Under the pieces are notes generated by a model. That model saw only the letters and a list, made by a program, of their open reading frames with translations, did no database searches and was not told where the DNA came from. The position numbers were made by a program, and so were the translations under genes. Source: Planctomycetota bacterium (GTDB lineage: Bacteria; Planctomycetota; Phycisphaerae; Sedimentisphaerales; Anaerobacaceae). From it: DNA of 64,000 nt. The stretch is from positions 5,981 through 69,980 of the forward strand of contig JALORE010000023.1 in the NCBI GenBank assembly GCA_025459125.1, given 5' to 3'. Position 1 is the stretch's first letter. Each line of letters opens with the position of its first letter. Positions 38,324 to 48,616 of this stretch are shown one piece after another.

Positions 38324-38475
38324 AGCAAGACTCCGGTTCGCAGTTCCCAGTTGCCGGTTCTCAATTCGTAGGATGGGCTTCAGCCCAGCATGCTCTTGTC
38401 CTCGCGAATTCCCCGCATGGGCTGGAGCCCATCCTACTTGCTGGCAACTGCCGACTGTGAACTGTCAACTTCCAT
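38324..38475 (-). repeat. Composite element: a Q-type hairpin with a GTAG-headed palindrome nested in its loop
   Basis: Q arms 'cagttcccagttgccggttctcaattc' and 'ttgctggcaactgccgactgtgaactgtcaact' flank GTAGGATGGGCTTCAGCCCA (38368..38387) and TGGGCTGGAGCCCATCCTAC (38418..38437). A half copy of this palindrome is at 4486..4512. Confidence 0.7.
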
Positions 38476-40908
38476 CTACTCATATCTCAGCGCCACCATG
38501 GGATCGATCCGTGCGGCCCGGCGGGCCGGGAGGTAGCAGGCCAGGGTAGCTAACAGCAGTACCGTCCCAACGACCGCGGCGATGATCCCCGGGTCGTGCG
38601 GTTTCACCTCATATAAGAGACTGCGCAGGAACCGGCCGCCGACCAGGGCCCCTGCCACACCGCACACCACACCCAGGACCACCGGGGTCATCCCCTGCCG
38701 CAGGACCAGGAAACATAAGTCCGGCGCGCGGGCTCCAAACGCCACGCGGATGCCCATCTCCCGCGTCCGCTGCGTCACGGCGTGGGAGACCACACCGTAG
38801 ATGCCGAAGCCGGCCAGCAGGAGCGCACACGAGGCGAAGACGGAGGTCAGCAGCATCTGGAAACGCCGTTGGGATACGGATACCTCCAGTACCTCGCGCA
38901 TCGTGCGCACGGCCGTCACCAGCGCCGCGGCGTCTGTCTTGCGGACCGCCGTACGAATGGCGCCCGCGATCGAGAGCGGATCGCTGCGTGCATGCACCAC
39001 CAGCGTGGTGCTCTCCGTCTCCAGAGCCCAGTAAGGGCGATAGAGCATCGCCACGGCGCCCCGATCCGCGCGGGCCCGGACATCGCTCACCACGCCAACC
39101 ACCTCCCACTCCTGACCGTTGACCAGGACCTTGTGCCCGGTCACCGTCTCCTGCCCGGGCCAGAGGGATCGGGCCAGCCGTTGCGAGATGACGGCCACCC
39201 GTCGCGCTCGGTCCGTGTGCTCGAACGTACGACCTGCCAGCAGTGGGATACCCATCGTCCGAAAGTACCCCGAGCTGGCAAAGCGTATATTCGCCCGGGG
39301 GCATTCCCAGGCGGGCCTCGGATCGCCCGGCACCCCCACGGCGTCCACCCACGCCTCGCCCTCCAGGGGCAACGCACTGATCACCGCCGCAGACTCAACG
39401 CCAACCGTCGTCGCCAGCTCCGCGAGCAGCCGCTCGTAGAACTGTGCGGCGGTGTGCTCCTCGTATCGGGTCGGCCCCAGCGTAATCTCGGCCGCCAGAA
39501 CGGCGGGGACCTGAAAGCCGGGATCGGCGTGGATCACCCGGGTGAAACTGCCCAGGAGTAGTCCGGCCGTAATCAGGAGAGCGACACCCAGGCCCACTTC
39601 GGCGGCGACAAGGCCGCCGCGCAGGTGTAGCCGGCCGGTTCCGGCGGTGGCGGTGCGCCGGCCCACCCGCAACGCCTGCTCCGCGCGGGCCCCCGCCACC
39701 CGGCAGGCGGGCAGTGTGCCGAACACCAGGGCCGTGACCGCCGTCAATCCCAGGGCGAACACGAGCACGCTACCGTCCAGGTGGACCTCATTCAGCCGCG
39801 GCACGTCCGCCGGCGCGAGCCGGACCAGCACATCCAGTCCCCAGCCGGCCACCGCCAGACCCGCCACGGACCCGAGCAGTGCGAGCAGAACTACCTCGAC
39901 GAGTGCCTGCCGCAACAACTGCGCCCGGGTCGCGCCCAGGGCCGCCCGGACGGCCGATTCCGTGTCCCGGCCTTCCGCCCGCGTCAGGCTAAGAATGCCC
40001 AGATTCAGACACGCAATCAGCAGCAGGGTCCCGATCGCCCCCAGCAGCAGCCACAAGCCGCCGCGCGAGTTGTGCACCAGCACCTCCTTGAGCGGTTCCA
40101 CCGCCGCCCGCAGACCGATCGTCAGTCCGGCCATGTTCATGAGTTGGGCCTGGATTACATCCAATTCCGCCGTGGCCTGGGCGCAGGTGACACCGCTTCT
40201 CAAACGCCCGATCACGCCGAAACGAAAATTACCCATCAGCTCGTTCTTCTCTGCGTCGGTGAATCGCCTGAGCGTAAACACCTCCGGTTGGGAACCAAAC
40301 ACCAGGAACGATGATGCATAGCGGTCGAGGGAAGGAAATCGGAATCCGGAGGGCAGGACCCCGATGACGGTGTACGCCTCGTCGTCCAGAGTAAGCACGG
40401 CACCCAACGACGAAGGACCGACGCCGAACTCCCGCTGCCAGAGCCCGGCGCTGATCACGGCCACGCCGCCCGAGGCAGTCTCATCCTCCTGACTGAACGT
40501 ACGGCCCGAAGCCGGCGTCACCCCGAGCGTCTCGAACAGGTTCGCGGAGACTGCCAGCGCCTCCAGACGCCGCGGTTCGCCCCGGCCGGTCAGAACCATG
40601 TTGCGGCGGTCCAGCAGCGAGAGATTGGCAAATGAGGGGCACCGCTGCCGCCATTCGAGAAAATGGCGCGCGTTGACCGGCACCGTGGGATACTGTTCGG
40701 CCAGCTCGGGAATGGACTCGTCCACCAGGACCAGTTGCTCCGACCGCGGGTAGGCAAGCGGCCGGAGCAGCACGCCCTCGACGAGCGAGAAAACGGCCGT
40801 CGTTGCTCCAATGCCCAGGGTCAAGGTCAGCACCATGACGGCGGCATAGCCAGGACTGCGTCCGAGCGTCCGAACGGCGCCGCGCACGTCCTGCCACAAG
40901 ATCATCAT
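38476..40908 (-). CDS. ADOP-family duplicated FtsX/MacB-type ABC permease (810 aa)
   Basis: ORF 38476..40968 with start moved to 'MMILWQDVRGAVRTLGRSPGY' (ATG 40908). C-terminus 'ARRAARIDPMVALRYE'. Confidence 0.88.
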   Translation of the reverse strand: MMILWQDVRGAVRTLGRSPGYAAVMVLTLTLGIGATTAVFSLVEGVLLRPLAYPRSEQLVLVDESIPELAEQYPTVPVNARHFLEWRQRCPSFANLSLLDRRNMVLTGRGEPRRLEALAVSANLFETLGVTPASGRTFSQEDETASGGVAVISAGLWQREFGVGPSSLGAVLTLDDEAYTVIGVLPSGFRFPSLDRYASSFLVFGSQPEVFTLRRFTDAEKNELMGNFRFGVIGRLRSGVTCAQATAELDVIQAQLMNMAGLTIGLRAAVEPLKEVLVHNSRGGLWLLLGAIGTLLLIACLNLGILSLTRAEGRDTESAVRAALGATRAQLLRQALVEVVLLALLGSVAGLAVAGWGLDVLVRLAPADVPRLNEVHLDGSVLVFALGLTAVTALVFGTLPACRVAGARAEQALRVGRRTATAGTGRLHLRGGLVAAEVGLGVALLITAGLLLGSFTRVIHADPGFQVPAVLAAEITLGPTRYEEHTAAQFYERLLAELATTVGVESAAVISALPLEGEAWVDAVGVPGDPRPAWECPRANIRFASSGYFRTMGIPLLAGRTFEHTDRARRVAVISQRLARSLWPGQETVTGHKVLVNGQEWEVVGVVSDVRARADRGAVAMLYRPYWALETESTTLVVHARSDPLSIAGAIRTAVRKTDAAALVTAVRTMREVLEVSVSQRRFQMLLTSVFASCALLLAGFGIYGVVSHAVTQRTREMGIRVAFGARAPDLCFLVLRQGMTPVVLGVVCGVAGALVGGRFLRSLLYEVKPHDPGIIAAVVGTVLLLATLACYLPARRAARIDPMVALRYE

Positions 40909-41006
40909 GTCATGTCTCCCGAAACACACGGGAACGCCGGAACACGGGGGAGATCGAGAGGTCCTCACCCATCATTCCAGCATTTCCGCATTCCATCATT
41001 CACGTC

Positions 41007-43433
41007 TCACTCATATCTCAACGCCACCATCGGATCGATCCGGGCGGCCCGGCGGGCGGGGAGATAGCAGGCCAGCAGGACCACGAGGATCAGCAGCAGG
41101 GAGACCGCCACATAGGTGGCCGGGTCCCAGGGGCTCAGTTGGAACAGGAAGCTCGACAGTACCCGAGCCACGGCGACCGTGGTCACCAGGCCGGCCGCCA
41201 GGCCGGCCAGCAGAGGCACCAGGGCCTTCCCGAGCATCAGCTTGAGCACCTGGCCGCGGTCCGCCCCGAGAGCCATCCGGATGCCGAACTCCTGGGTGCG
41301 CCGGGCGATGGAGTACCGGGTGAGGGCGTAGATGCCTACGGCCGACAGGAACAAGGCAATGCCCGCGGATGCCGTCAGCAGCCCCGCGACGAAGTGCCGG
41401 AGCAGCGCATCGCTCGGCAAGACATCGTCGAAGGTTCGGGCATTGGAGATGAATTGCAGCCGATCCATCCGGCCGATCGTTTCCTTGACGGCCGCGATGA
41501 AGCTCTTCGGGTCGCCGGTCGTGCGCAGAACCACCGAGACCCAAGGCAACGCCTTCTGGAGAAACGGCTGGTAGACCTGCATCGAAGAGTCGGCCTCGGC
41601 CCAGTGCTTGACGTTCCGGACCACGCCTACGACCTCGGCCCAGGGGGGATTCGGGCCGGCGCCGTCGCCCGTTTGCAGACGCTGGCCGACCGCGTCCCCG
41701 TCCGGCCAATAACGCCGGGCCAGAGTCTCGTCGACAATGACCACGGGCGGTGCACCGGGCTGGTCGCGCTCGTCGAAGAAGCGCCCGCGGAGCAGGCGGA
41801 TTCCCATGGTCTCGAAGTACCCCGGGCTGACCGCCTTGTGCAGCACCATTCTTGGCTCCTCGCCCGAAGGTGCCACAGGCTCATCCGGGACGTGAACGGG
41901 CCAGTGCCATCCGCCCAGGAGCGACGAGGTCAAAGCGACTTTGTCGATTCCTGGGACCGTTCCCAGTTCCTGGAGCAGCCGCCGGTGAAAAGCCAGCCGG
42001 GCCTCGCGGGAGCCGTAGCGCTCCGGCGCCAGCTCCAGGTCCAGGGCCAGGACGTTCCGGGGGTCGAAGCCGCGGTCCATCCGGGCGAAGTTCACGAGGC
42101 TGCGGATCATCAGCCCCGCGGCGACGAGCAACACGATGGTCAGAGCGACCTGGGCCGTCAGCAGACCCAGATGCGCAGCATTGCGACTGCGGGACCCGAG
42201 GATGCTGCGACTTCCGGCCGCCAGGGTGCGGGCCAGGCGGGCGCCGGAGCAGCGAATCGACGGCAGAAGTCCACAGGCGGGAGCACCCAGGATCGACAGC
42301 GCCAGCGCAAAGCCGAGAACGTGCCAGTCCGGGCGGAAGAACCCGGCCGGGAACTGCGCGGCAGGCAGGATGCCGGTCCCCAAGAACCCCTTGATGGCCC
42401 AGGTCGCACCGAGGACACCGAGACCGCCTCCCAGGAGGGCCAGGACCACGTTCTCCAGAAACATCAGCCGGACCAGGCGCAGCCGCGTCGCCCCCAGGGC
42501 CGCGCGCAGCGCCATCTCCCGCTCCCGCGTGACGCCGCGGGCAAACATCAGGCCCGCCACGTTGGCACAAGCCACCAGGAAAACCGTGAGCACCGCACCC
42601 ATCAGAATGGCGGGCAGGTGGCCGAGCGGTCTCGTCATGGCCTCGTGCACGCGGATGACGGTGGCCCGGGCCGGGGTATGGACCGGGGAATACTCGGCCA
42701 CCAGCCGTGCCTCGACAGCATCCATTTCGGCCTGCGCCTGCTGGAGACTCACCCCGGCTTTCAATTTGCCCAGGACGTCCAATTGCCGGTTGCCGCGCCC
42801 GCCCGCGCTCCAGCCTGGGGCCACCGCCACCCACACGTCCGTGGCGTCGGCTCCATAGGGAAGGAAGTCGAACGCGGCCCCAGTCACACCGACGATGGTA
42901 TGGCTGACGTTGTCCAGAAGAAGGGATTGGCCCAGGGCGTTGGGATCGGCCGCGAAGTGACGGCACCAGAAGGCATGCCCGAGCACCACCACGGGCGCCG
43001 CGCCCGGCCGGTCATCCGCCGGCATCAGCAGCCGCCCCACCGCCGGCCGAACCGGGAAGATCCGGAAGAAGTTCTCCGACACGTAGCCGATGCAGCACTC
43101 TTCGGGCGGCGCGCCGGCGGCCGGGCTAAAGGCGCGATCGCGAAACGTGTAGCAACTCAGCTCCTCGAACGACGTCGCCTGCTGCTGCCAATCCCGGTAC
43201 AACGAGTGGGAGACCAGCATCATGCCGCCCTGGCGGTCGCGTCCCCACACGTAGACAATCCGGTCCGGGTCCTCATAGGGAAGCGGCCGGAGCAGGATGG
43301 GGTACAGGATACTGAAGACGGTCGTGCTGACCCCCACCCCGATGGCCACGAGCGCCACAACCACGAGACCGAACCCCGGACTACCCCAGAGTGTCCGCAG
43401 ACCATACCGAATGTCATGCCACAGAGTCGTCAT
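41007..43433 (-). CDS. ADOP-family duplicated FtsX/MacB-type ABC permease (808 aa)
   Basis: ORF 41007..43499 with start moved to 'MTTLWHDIRYGLRTLWGSPGF' (ATG 43433); upstream codons translate the REP. C-terminus 'ARRAARIDPMVALRYE'. Confidence 0.88.
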   Translation of the reverse strand: MTTLWHDIRYGLRTLWGSPGFGLVVVALVAIGVGVSTTVFSILYPILLRPLPYEDPDRIVYVWGRDRQGGMMLVSHSLYRDWQQQATSFEELSCYTFRDRAFSPAAGAPPEECCIGYVSENFFRIFPVRPAVGRLLMPADDRPGAAPVVVLGHAFWCRHFAADPNALGQSLLLDNVSHTIVGVTGAAFDFLPYGADATDVWVAVAPGWSAGGRGNRQLDVLGKLKAGVSLQQAQAEMDAVEARLVAEYSPVHTPARATVIRVHEAMTRPLGHLPAILMGAVLTVFLVACANVAGLMFARGVTREREMALRAALGATRLRLVRLMFLENVVLALLGGGLGVLGATWAIKGFLGTGILPAAQFPAGFFRPDWHVLGFALALSILGAPACGLLPSIRCSGARLARTLAAGSRSILGSRSRNAAHLGLLTAQVALTIVLLVAAGLMIRSLVNFARMDRGFDPRNVLALDLELAPERYGSREARLAFHRRLLQELGTVPGIDKVALTSSLLGGWHWPVHVPDEPVAPSGEEPRMVLHKAVSPGYFETMGIRLLRGRFFDERDQPGAPPVVIVDETLARRYWPDGDAVGQRLQTGDGAGPNPPWAEVVGVVRNVKHWAEADSSMQVYQPFLQKALPWVSVVLRTTGDPKSFIAAVKETIGRMDRLQFISNARTFDDVLPSDALLRHFVAGLLTASAGIALFLSAVGIYALTRYSIARRTQEFGIRMALGADRGQVLKLMLGKALVPLLAGLAAGLVTTVAVARVLSSFLFQLSPWDPATYVAVSLLLILVVLLACYLPARRAARIDPMVALRYE

Positions 43434-43449
43434 GGCACCACTCCAATTC

Positions 43450-43511
43450 GTAGGGTGTGCTGTGCACACCGATTCCAAAGGTCGAGTTGTGGTGTGCACA
43501 GCACACCCTAC
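43450..43511. repeat. REPIN-like palindrome (P-type) overlapping the stop codon of the upstream gene
   Basis: GTAGGGTGTGCTGTGCACACC (43450..43470) faces GGTGTGCACAGCACACCCTAC (43491..43511). The minus strand reads CGA TAT GAG TAG GGTGTG, so the TAG stop (43508..43510) is part of the GTAG head. Confidence 0.85.
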
Positions 43512-46009
43512 TCATATCGCAACGCCACCATCGGATCGATCCGCGCGGCCCGGCGGGCGGGGAGCCAGGCGGCGGCCAGGGCAATCGCCAGGAGAATCAG
43601 CCCCGACGCGGCCAGAGTCGCGGGATCATAGGGGACAATGCCGTAGATGACGGCGCTCAGGACCGCGGCCAGAAGCAAGGTCAGCGGAAGCCCCAGGGCG
43701 ATGCCCAGGAGGGCCAGCAAGCCGGCCTCGCGGAGGATGGACCGTGCGACATCCGCCGGTTGCGCTCCCAGCGCTATGCGAATGCCAATCTCGCCGGTAC
43801 GGCGTGTCACCGCATAGGCCATCAGACCGTACAGGCCAAGGCAGGAGAGCCCCAGGGCCAACAAGGCCAGACCGACAAACAACCGCGCGAGAGTCCGCTC
43901 GAGGGCCAGCGACTCTTTCAGTCGCAGCGCCTGCGTGGTAAGATCCTCCAACGGAACGTCGGGATTGACCTGAGCCACGGCCCGGCGCACCGCGGGCGCC
44001 AGCGACAGCGCGGGCAGCACGCTGCGCACGACAAAGCCGGTGAAATCAGGCGATTTCTGCGCATGGCAGAAGTAGATCGCCGGAGAAGGCTCCCGGCGCA
44101 AGTCACGCTTATAGTTGGCGCACACACCCACGATCTGGTATCGCTCCCGGTCCTTTGTTTCCACGTAGGCCCCCAGGGGATTGGCCCCGGGCAACATCTG
44201 ACGGGCAAACGCCTCATTGACGAGGGCAACGGCCTGCGAGTTGGGAGTGTCCGCCGGCGTGAAATCCCGCCCCGCCAATAGTCCCACGCCCATGGTGGCC
44301 AGCCATCCTTCGCTGACGTAGGCCATGGGGATGGAGGTTCTCTCTTGGGAGAGGCCGGGGATCGAAACCTGCGTCCACCAGCCCCCGCCCTCGGCCAGGG
44401 ACAGGGCCACCGACCGAACGCCCGGGATTTCGGCCAGATTGGTCCGCACCTGGTCAAAGAAGGCCTTCCTGTCCCCACGCACCAGGTCTCGGGGATGGAC
44501 CTGGAACACCAGGAGGTTCTCGGCATCGTAGCCCGGGTCCGCCTTGCGGAGATTGACCATGGTGCGCGTCAGCAGCCCGGCCCCGGTGACCAGCAGCAGG
44601 GACAGCGCCGTCTGCACCGCGACCAGCCTTCTGCCCCAATAGGGCCGGGGCGCGCCGCGGGCCCCACTGCCTTTGAGCTCCGCGGCCGGGTCCACCCGCG
44701 CGGCCCGCAGGGCCGGCAGAAGCCCGAACAGCAGGGTCGTGAACACCGCGATACCCGCCATGAACATCAGGACCGTACCGTCAATCCCCTGACTCAGTCG
44801 AATCCGGGCCGAAGACTGGCCCATGTAGTCCAGGTCCGGCTGCATCCAGCGCCACAAACGGGTCATGGTCCCCGCCAGGACCATCTTGAGCCACACGCAC
44901 ACCAGCAACCCCGCCACCGCCCCCCCCAGAGACAACAGCAGGCTTTCCACCAGGGATTGACGGATCAGGCGCCACCGCCCTGCCCCGAGTGCGGCCCGTA
45001 CGGACAACTCCTGTTGGCGCCCGGCGCCCCGTGCCAGCAGCAGGCTCGCCACATTGGCACAGGCGATCAGCAGCACCAGGCCGACCAGCCCTTGCAGGAA
45101 CATCCATAGCACGAACGCCGGGCTGAGCGAGGACAGCGCCAGTCCGTGACAGCCCTCGTGGAGAAGAATTATGGGCCGCTCCACTTCTGACCCGATGGCC
45201 CGGAGATTTCCCTCGAACAGGACCTGCAATGAAGCGCGGGCCTGCGCTTCATTGGTGCCCGAAGTCCGCCGCCCCATGACACGGACCCATCCTTCCCTGC
45301 GGTCCTCCAGACGCTCTTGCTCGGACGTGAGCAGTTCCTGGGCCGCGATAGGCACGTAGAAGTCCGTCGGATCACCCGCCAGTGGTCCCCGGTACCGCTG
45401 CGGCAGCACGCCGACGATGGTGAAGCCGGTGTTGTTGATCATCAGGGTCTGGCCCAGCACGTGGGGATCGAGATCGTAGTAGCGCTGCCAAAGACGATAG
45501 GTAATGACCGCCACCGGATCGGCACCGCGGCGGTCGTCCTGGGGAGCCAGGGGCCGTCCGATCAGGGCCCGCGCGTCGTAGCCGTCGAAGAAGTTGCCCG
45601 AGACCATCAAACCATGGGCCACGATCGGAACCGCCCCGGCGCGGATCGCTATACCTTCCTCCACGTAGGAGAAGCCAAAGACCTGGGAGAATCCCTCGGC
45701 CTGCTCGGCAAAATCGCGATAGGTGGGGTACGGGAAGGACAGGAATGACTGCTGGCCGGAGATCCTTGGTCCAAGCGAATCGCTCGACCGGCAACGGATC
45801 GGGGCCTTGGCGCCCATCCAGCCGATCACGCGCAGGTCCTGCGGGTCGCGCACGGGCAGCGTTTTCAACAGGACGCCGTTGATGACGCTGAAGATGGCCG
45901 TATTGGCCCCGATGCCCAGAGCCAGCACCAACACCACAACCGCCGTAAAGCCGGGGCTCTTGACCAGCATCCGAACAGCATACCGTGCGTCGTGCCATAA
46001 AGTCGTCAT
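43508..46009 (-). CDS. ADOP-family duplicated FtsX/MacB-type ABC permease (833 aa), long-N-domain subfamily
   Basis: N-terminus 'MTTLWHDARYAVRMLVKSPGF', 'LPVRDPQDLRVIGWMG', C-terminus 'ARRAARIDPMVALRYE'. Confidence 0.9.
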   Translation of the reverse strand: MTTLWHDARYAVRMLVKSPGFTAVVVLVLALGIGANTAIFSVINGVLLKTLPVRDPQDLRVIGWMGAKAPIRCRSSDSLGPRISGQQSFLSFPYPTYRDFAEQAEGFSQVFGFSYVEEGIAIRAGAVPIVAHGLMVSGNFFDGYDARALIGRPLAPQDDRRGADPVAVITYRLWQRYYDLDPHVLGQTLMINNTGFTIVGVLPQRYRGPLAGDPTDFYVPIAAQELLTSEQERLEDRREGWVRVMGRRTSGTNEAQARASLQVLFEGNLRAIGSEVERPIILLHEGCHGLALSSLSPAFVLWMFLQGLVGLVLLIACANVASLLLARGAGRQQELSVRAALGAGRWRLIRQSLVESLLLSLGGAVAGLLVCVWLKMVLAGTMTRLWRWMQPDLDYMGQSSARIRLSQGIDGTVLMFMAGIAVFTTLLFGLLPALRAARVDPAAELKGSGARGAPRPYWGRRLVAVQTALSLLLVTGAGLLTRTMVNLRKADPGYDAENLLVFQVHPRDLVRGDRKAFFDQVRTNLAEIPGVRSVALSLAEGGGWWTQVSIPGLSQERTSIPMAYVSEGWLATMGVGLLAGRDFTPADTPNSQAVALVNEAFARQMLPGANPLGAYVETKDRERYQIVGVCANYKRDLRREPSPAIYFCHAQKSPDFTGFVVRSVLPALSLAPAVRRAVAQVNPDVPLEDLTTQALRLKESLALERTLARLFVGLALLALGLSCLGLYGLMAYAVTRRTGEIGIRIALGAQPADVARSILREAGLLALLGIALGLPLTLLLAAVLSAVIYGIVPYDPATLAASGLILLAIALAAAWLPARRAARIDPMVALRYE

Positions 46010-46097
46010 GGCCGGACTCCAGTTCTCAGTTCCCAGTCGTCAGTTCGCAGTCGTCAGTCACCAGCTCTCTTGCGGCCCACTGTGGACTGTTAACTCC
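46010..46097 (-). repeat. Q-type intergenic hairpin element
   Basis: 'actccagttctcagttcccagtcgtcagttcgcagtcgtcagt ... ccactgtggactgttaactcc'. Confidence 0.65.
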
Positions 46098-48599
46098 CTA
46101 TTCATATCTCAGCGCCACCATCGGATCGATCCGCGCAGCCCGGCGGGCGGGCAGCCAGGCGGCGACGAGGGCCACCGCGAGCAGAATCACCCCTGACGCG
46201 ATCAGAGTCACAGGATCATAGGGAGCAATGTCGAAGATGAAGGCGCCCAAGACCCGGGCCAGCGCCAGGGTCAGCGGCAGACCCAGCGCGATGCCCAGCA
46301 GGGCCAGCCGGCCGGCCTCGCGCAGGATGGGCCGGGCCACATCCGCCGGCCGCGCTCCCAGGGCCATGCGCAGGCCGATCTCACCGGTCCGGCCCGTCAC
46401 GTGGTGCGCCATCAGCCCGTACAGCCCGAGGCAGGAAAGCCCCAGGGCCAGCAGACCCAAGCCGACGAACAGCAGCCTCAGAGTCCGTTCCGGAGAGAGA
46501 GACTTCTCCAGCAGTTGCTTCTGGGTGGCGAGTTCCTCCAGGGGCAGGCCGGGGTCGATCTCGGCCACCGCCCGGCGCACCGCGGGCACCAGCGCCAGCG
46601 CGGGCAGGACGCTGCGCACGGCAAAGTTGACCCCGCGGCGCACGTTCTGCCGCTGGCAGAAGTAGATCGTCATCTGCGGCTCCCGATGCACATCGCGCCG
46701 GTAGCTGCTGCACACCCCCACAATCTGATGCGGCTCGGGTCTCCCGCTCATACCTCCCGTCGTGATCGACATCCCCACCGGATTGGCCCCAGGGAAGAAG
46801 TGGCGGGCCAGGGCCTCATTGACGATGGCGACGGGCTCGGAGCCCCGGATGTCCGCCGAGGTGAAATCGCGGCCGGCCAACAGGTTCACCCCCATCGTCG
46901 CCAGCCATCCGTCGCTGACGAGGCCCACGAGAACTGTCTCGGGAGCAAGATCAGGAACCGAAGCTTTCGGGTACCAGCCGCCGCTGGAGAACGCCACCGA
47001 CCGCACCCCGGGAATCGCGGCCAGGTTCATCCGCACCCGCTCGTGGAAGCTGATGAGGTCGTCTCCCTTGACCACCGACTCCAGGGGACGGAGGTCGAAG
47101 ACCAGCAGGTTCTCCGTATCGTAACCCGGATCGACCTGCCGCAGGTTGACGATGGTCCGTATCAGCAGCCCGGCCCACACAACCAGCAGCAGCGACAGGG
47201 CCATCTGCACCACGACCAGGACTCGCCCCCAGCGCGACCGACGGGTGCCCTGGGCGCCGCTGGTCTTGAGCTCGGCGAGGGGGTCCACACATCCGGCCCG
47301 CCAGGCGGGCAGTAACCCGAAGAGCAAGGTCGTGAACACCGCCACGCCCAAGGTGAACAGCAGGACGGTCCCATCGAGCCCCTGGCCCAGGCGGACGCCG
47401 GCGGACGACAGGGGCATGTAGTCCAGATCGTTGTACATCGAGCGCACCAGACTGGTCATCGGCCCGGCCAAGACCGCCTTGAGCCACACGCTCACCACCA
47501 GCCCGGCCGCCGCCCCGCCCAGAGACAGGAATAGGCTTTCCACCAGGGACTGGCGGATCAGGTGCCAGCGTCCCGCCCCGAGGGCGACCCGCACCGACAA
47601 TTCCTGGCGGCGCCCGGCGCTCCGCGCCAGCAGCAGGCCCGCCACGTTGGCGCAGGCGATCAGCAGCACCAGGCCGACCAGGCCCTGGAGCATCATCAGA
47701 CCGCCGGCCTGGTCGGAGACCGCGACCGCCAGTCCGTGCCGGCCGTCCGCCAGGGGAATGGTCGGGGGCTCCCCTTGGGCCGGGGGGCGGCTGAGAGTGC
47801 GCGGGAACAGCACCTCCAGCGAAGCGCGGGCCTGAGTCTCATTGGCGCCCGGGGCCAGCCGTCCCATGATGCGAACCCACGCGATGCGGCGGTCTTCCAG
47901 ACGTTCCTCGTCCGAGGTCAGCAGCGCCTGGGTCGCGAAGGGCACGTAGAAATCCGTCGGATCGCCGTGCAGGGGCCCCCGGAAGCGTTGGGGCAGCACG
48001 CCGACGATCGTGAACCCGGCGTTGTTGATCAGCAGGGTCTGGCCCAACACCCGCGGATCGAGATCGTAGTAACGTTCCCAAAGACGGTAGGTGATTGCGG
48101 CCACCGGGTCGGCGCCGGCGCGATCATCCTGCGGGGCCAGGGACCGCCCGAAGAGGACCCCCGCGCCGTAACCATCGAAGAAATTGCCGGAGACCATCAA
48201 CCCGTGGGCCACCGCCGGGGCGCCGCCGGCGCGAATCGTCACCCCGCCATCGACGTAGGAGAAGCCCAAGAGGTGGGAGAACCCTTCGGCATTCTCGGCG
48301 AACTCGCGGTACGTGGGGTACGGGAACGCCAGCCAGGACGACTTGCCGGAGACTCTGGGGCCCCGCATGTCGCTCGTGAAGCCGCCAATTCCGGTATCGG
48401 ACCCCATCCAGGAGATCACCCGCAGATCCTGCGGATCGCGCACGGGCAGAGACTTCAGGAGAACGCCGTTGATGACGCTGAAGATCGCCGTATTGGCCCC
48501 GATGCCCAGGGCCAGCACCAGGATCACCACCGCCGTCAGACGGCGGCTGTTCCACAACTGTCGCAAGGCGTAACGTACGTCGCGCCATAAAGCCGTCAT
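46098..48599 (-). CDS. ADOP-family duplicated FtsX/MacB-type ABC permease (833 aa), close paralog of 43508..46009
   Basis: ORF 46098..48671 with start moved to 'MTALWRDVRYALRQL' (ATG 48599). Long identical runs with its neighbour ('[23 protein letters not shown]', 'VAHGLMVSGNFFDGY', 'GFTIVGVLPQR'). Confidence 0.88.
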   Translation of the reverse strand: MTALWRDVRYALRQLWNSRRLTAVVILVLALGIGANTAIFSVINGVLLKSLPVRDPQDLRVISWMGSDTGIGGFTSDMRGPRVSGKSSWLAFPYPTYREFAENAEGFSHLLGFSYVDGGVTIRAGGAPAVAHGLMVSGNFFDGYGAGVLFGRSLAPQDDRAGADPVAAITYRLWERYYDLDPRVLGQTLLINNAGFTIVGVLPQRFRGPLHGDPTDFYVPFATQALLTSDEERLEDRRIAWVRIMGRLAPGANETQARASLEVLFPRTLSRPPAQGEPPTIPLADGRHGLAVAVSDQAGGLMMLQGLVGLVLLIACANVAGLLLARSAGRRQELSVRVALGAGRWHLIRQSLVESLFLSLGGAAAGLVVSVWLKAVLAGPMTSLVRSMYNDLDYMPLSSAGVRLGQGLDGTVLLFTLGVAVFTTLLFGLLPAWRAGCVDPLAELKTSGAQGTRRSRWGRVLVVVQMALSLLLVVWAGLLIRTIVNLRQVDPGYDTENLLVFDLRPLESVVKGDDLISFHERVRMNLAAIPGVRSVAFSSGGWYPKASVPDLAPETVLVGLVSDGWLATMGVNLLAGRDFTSADIRGSEPVAIVNEALARHFFPGANPVGMSITTGGMSGRPEPHQIVGVCSSYRRDVHREPQMTIYFCQRQNVRRGVNFAVRSVLPALALVPAVRRAVAEIDPGLPLEELATQKQLLEKSLSPERTLRLLFVGLGLLALGLSCLGLYGLMAHHVTGRTGEIGLRMALGARPADVARPILREAGRLALLGIALGLPLTLALARVLGAFIFDIAPYDPVTLIASGVILLAVALVAAWLPARRAARIDPMVALRYE

Positions 48600-48616
48600 T
48601 GCACTGTCTCCAGTTC

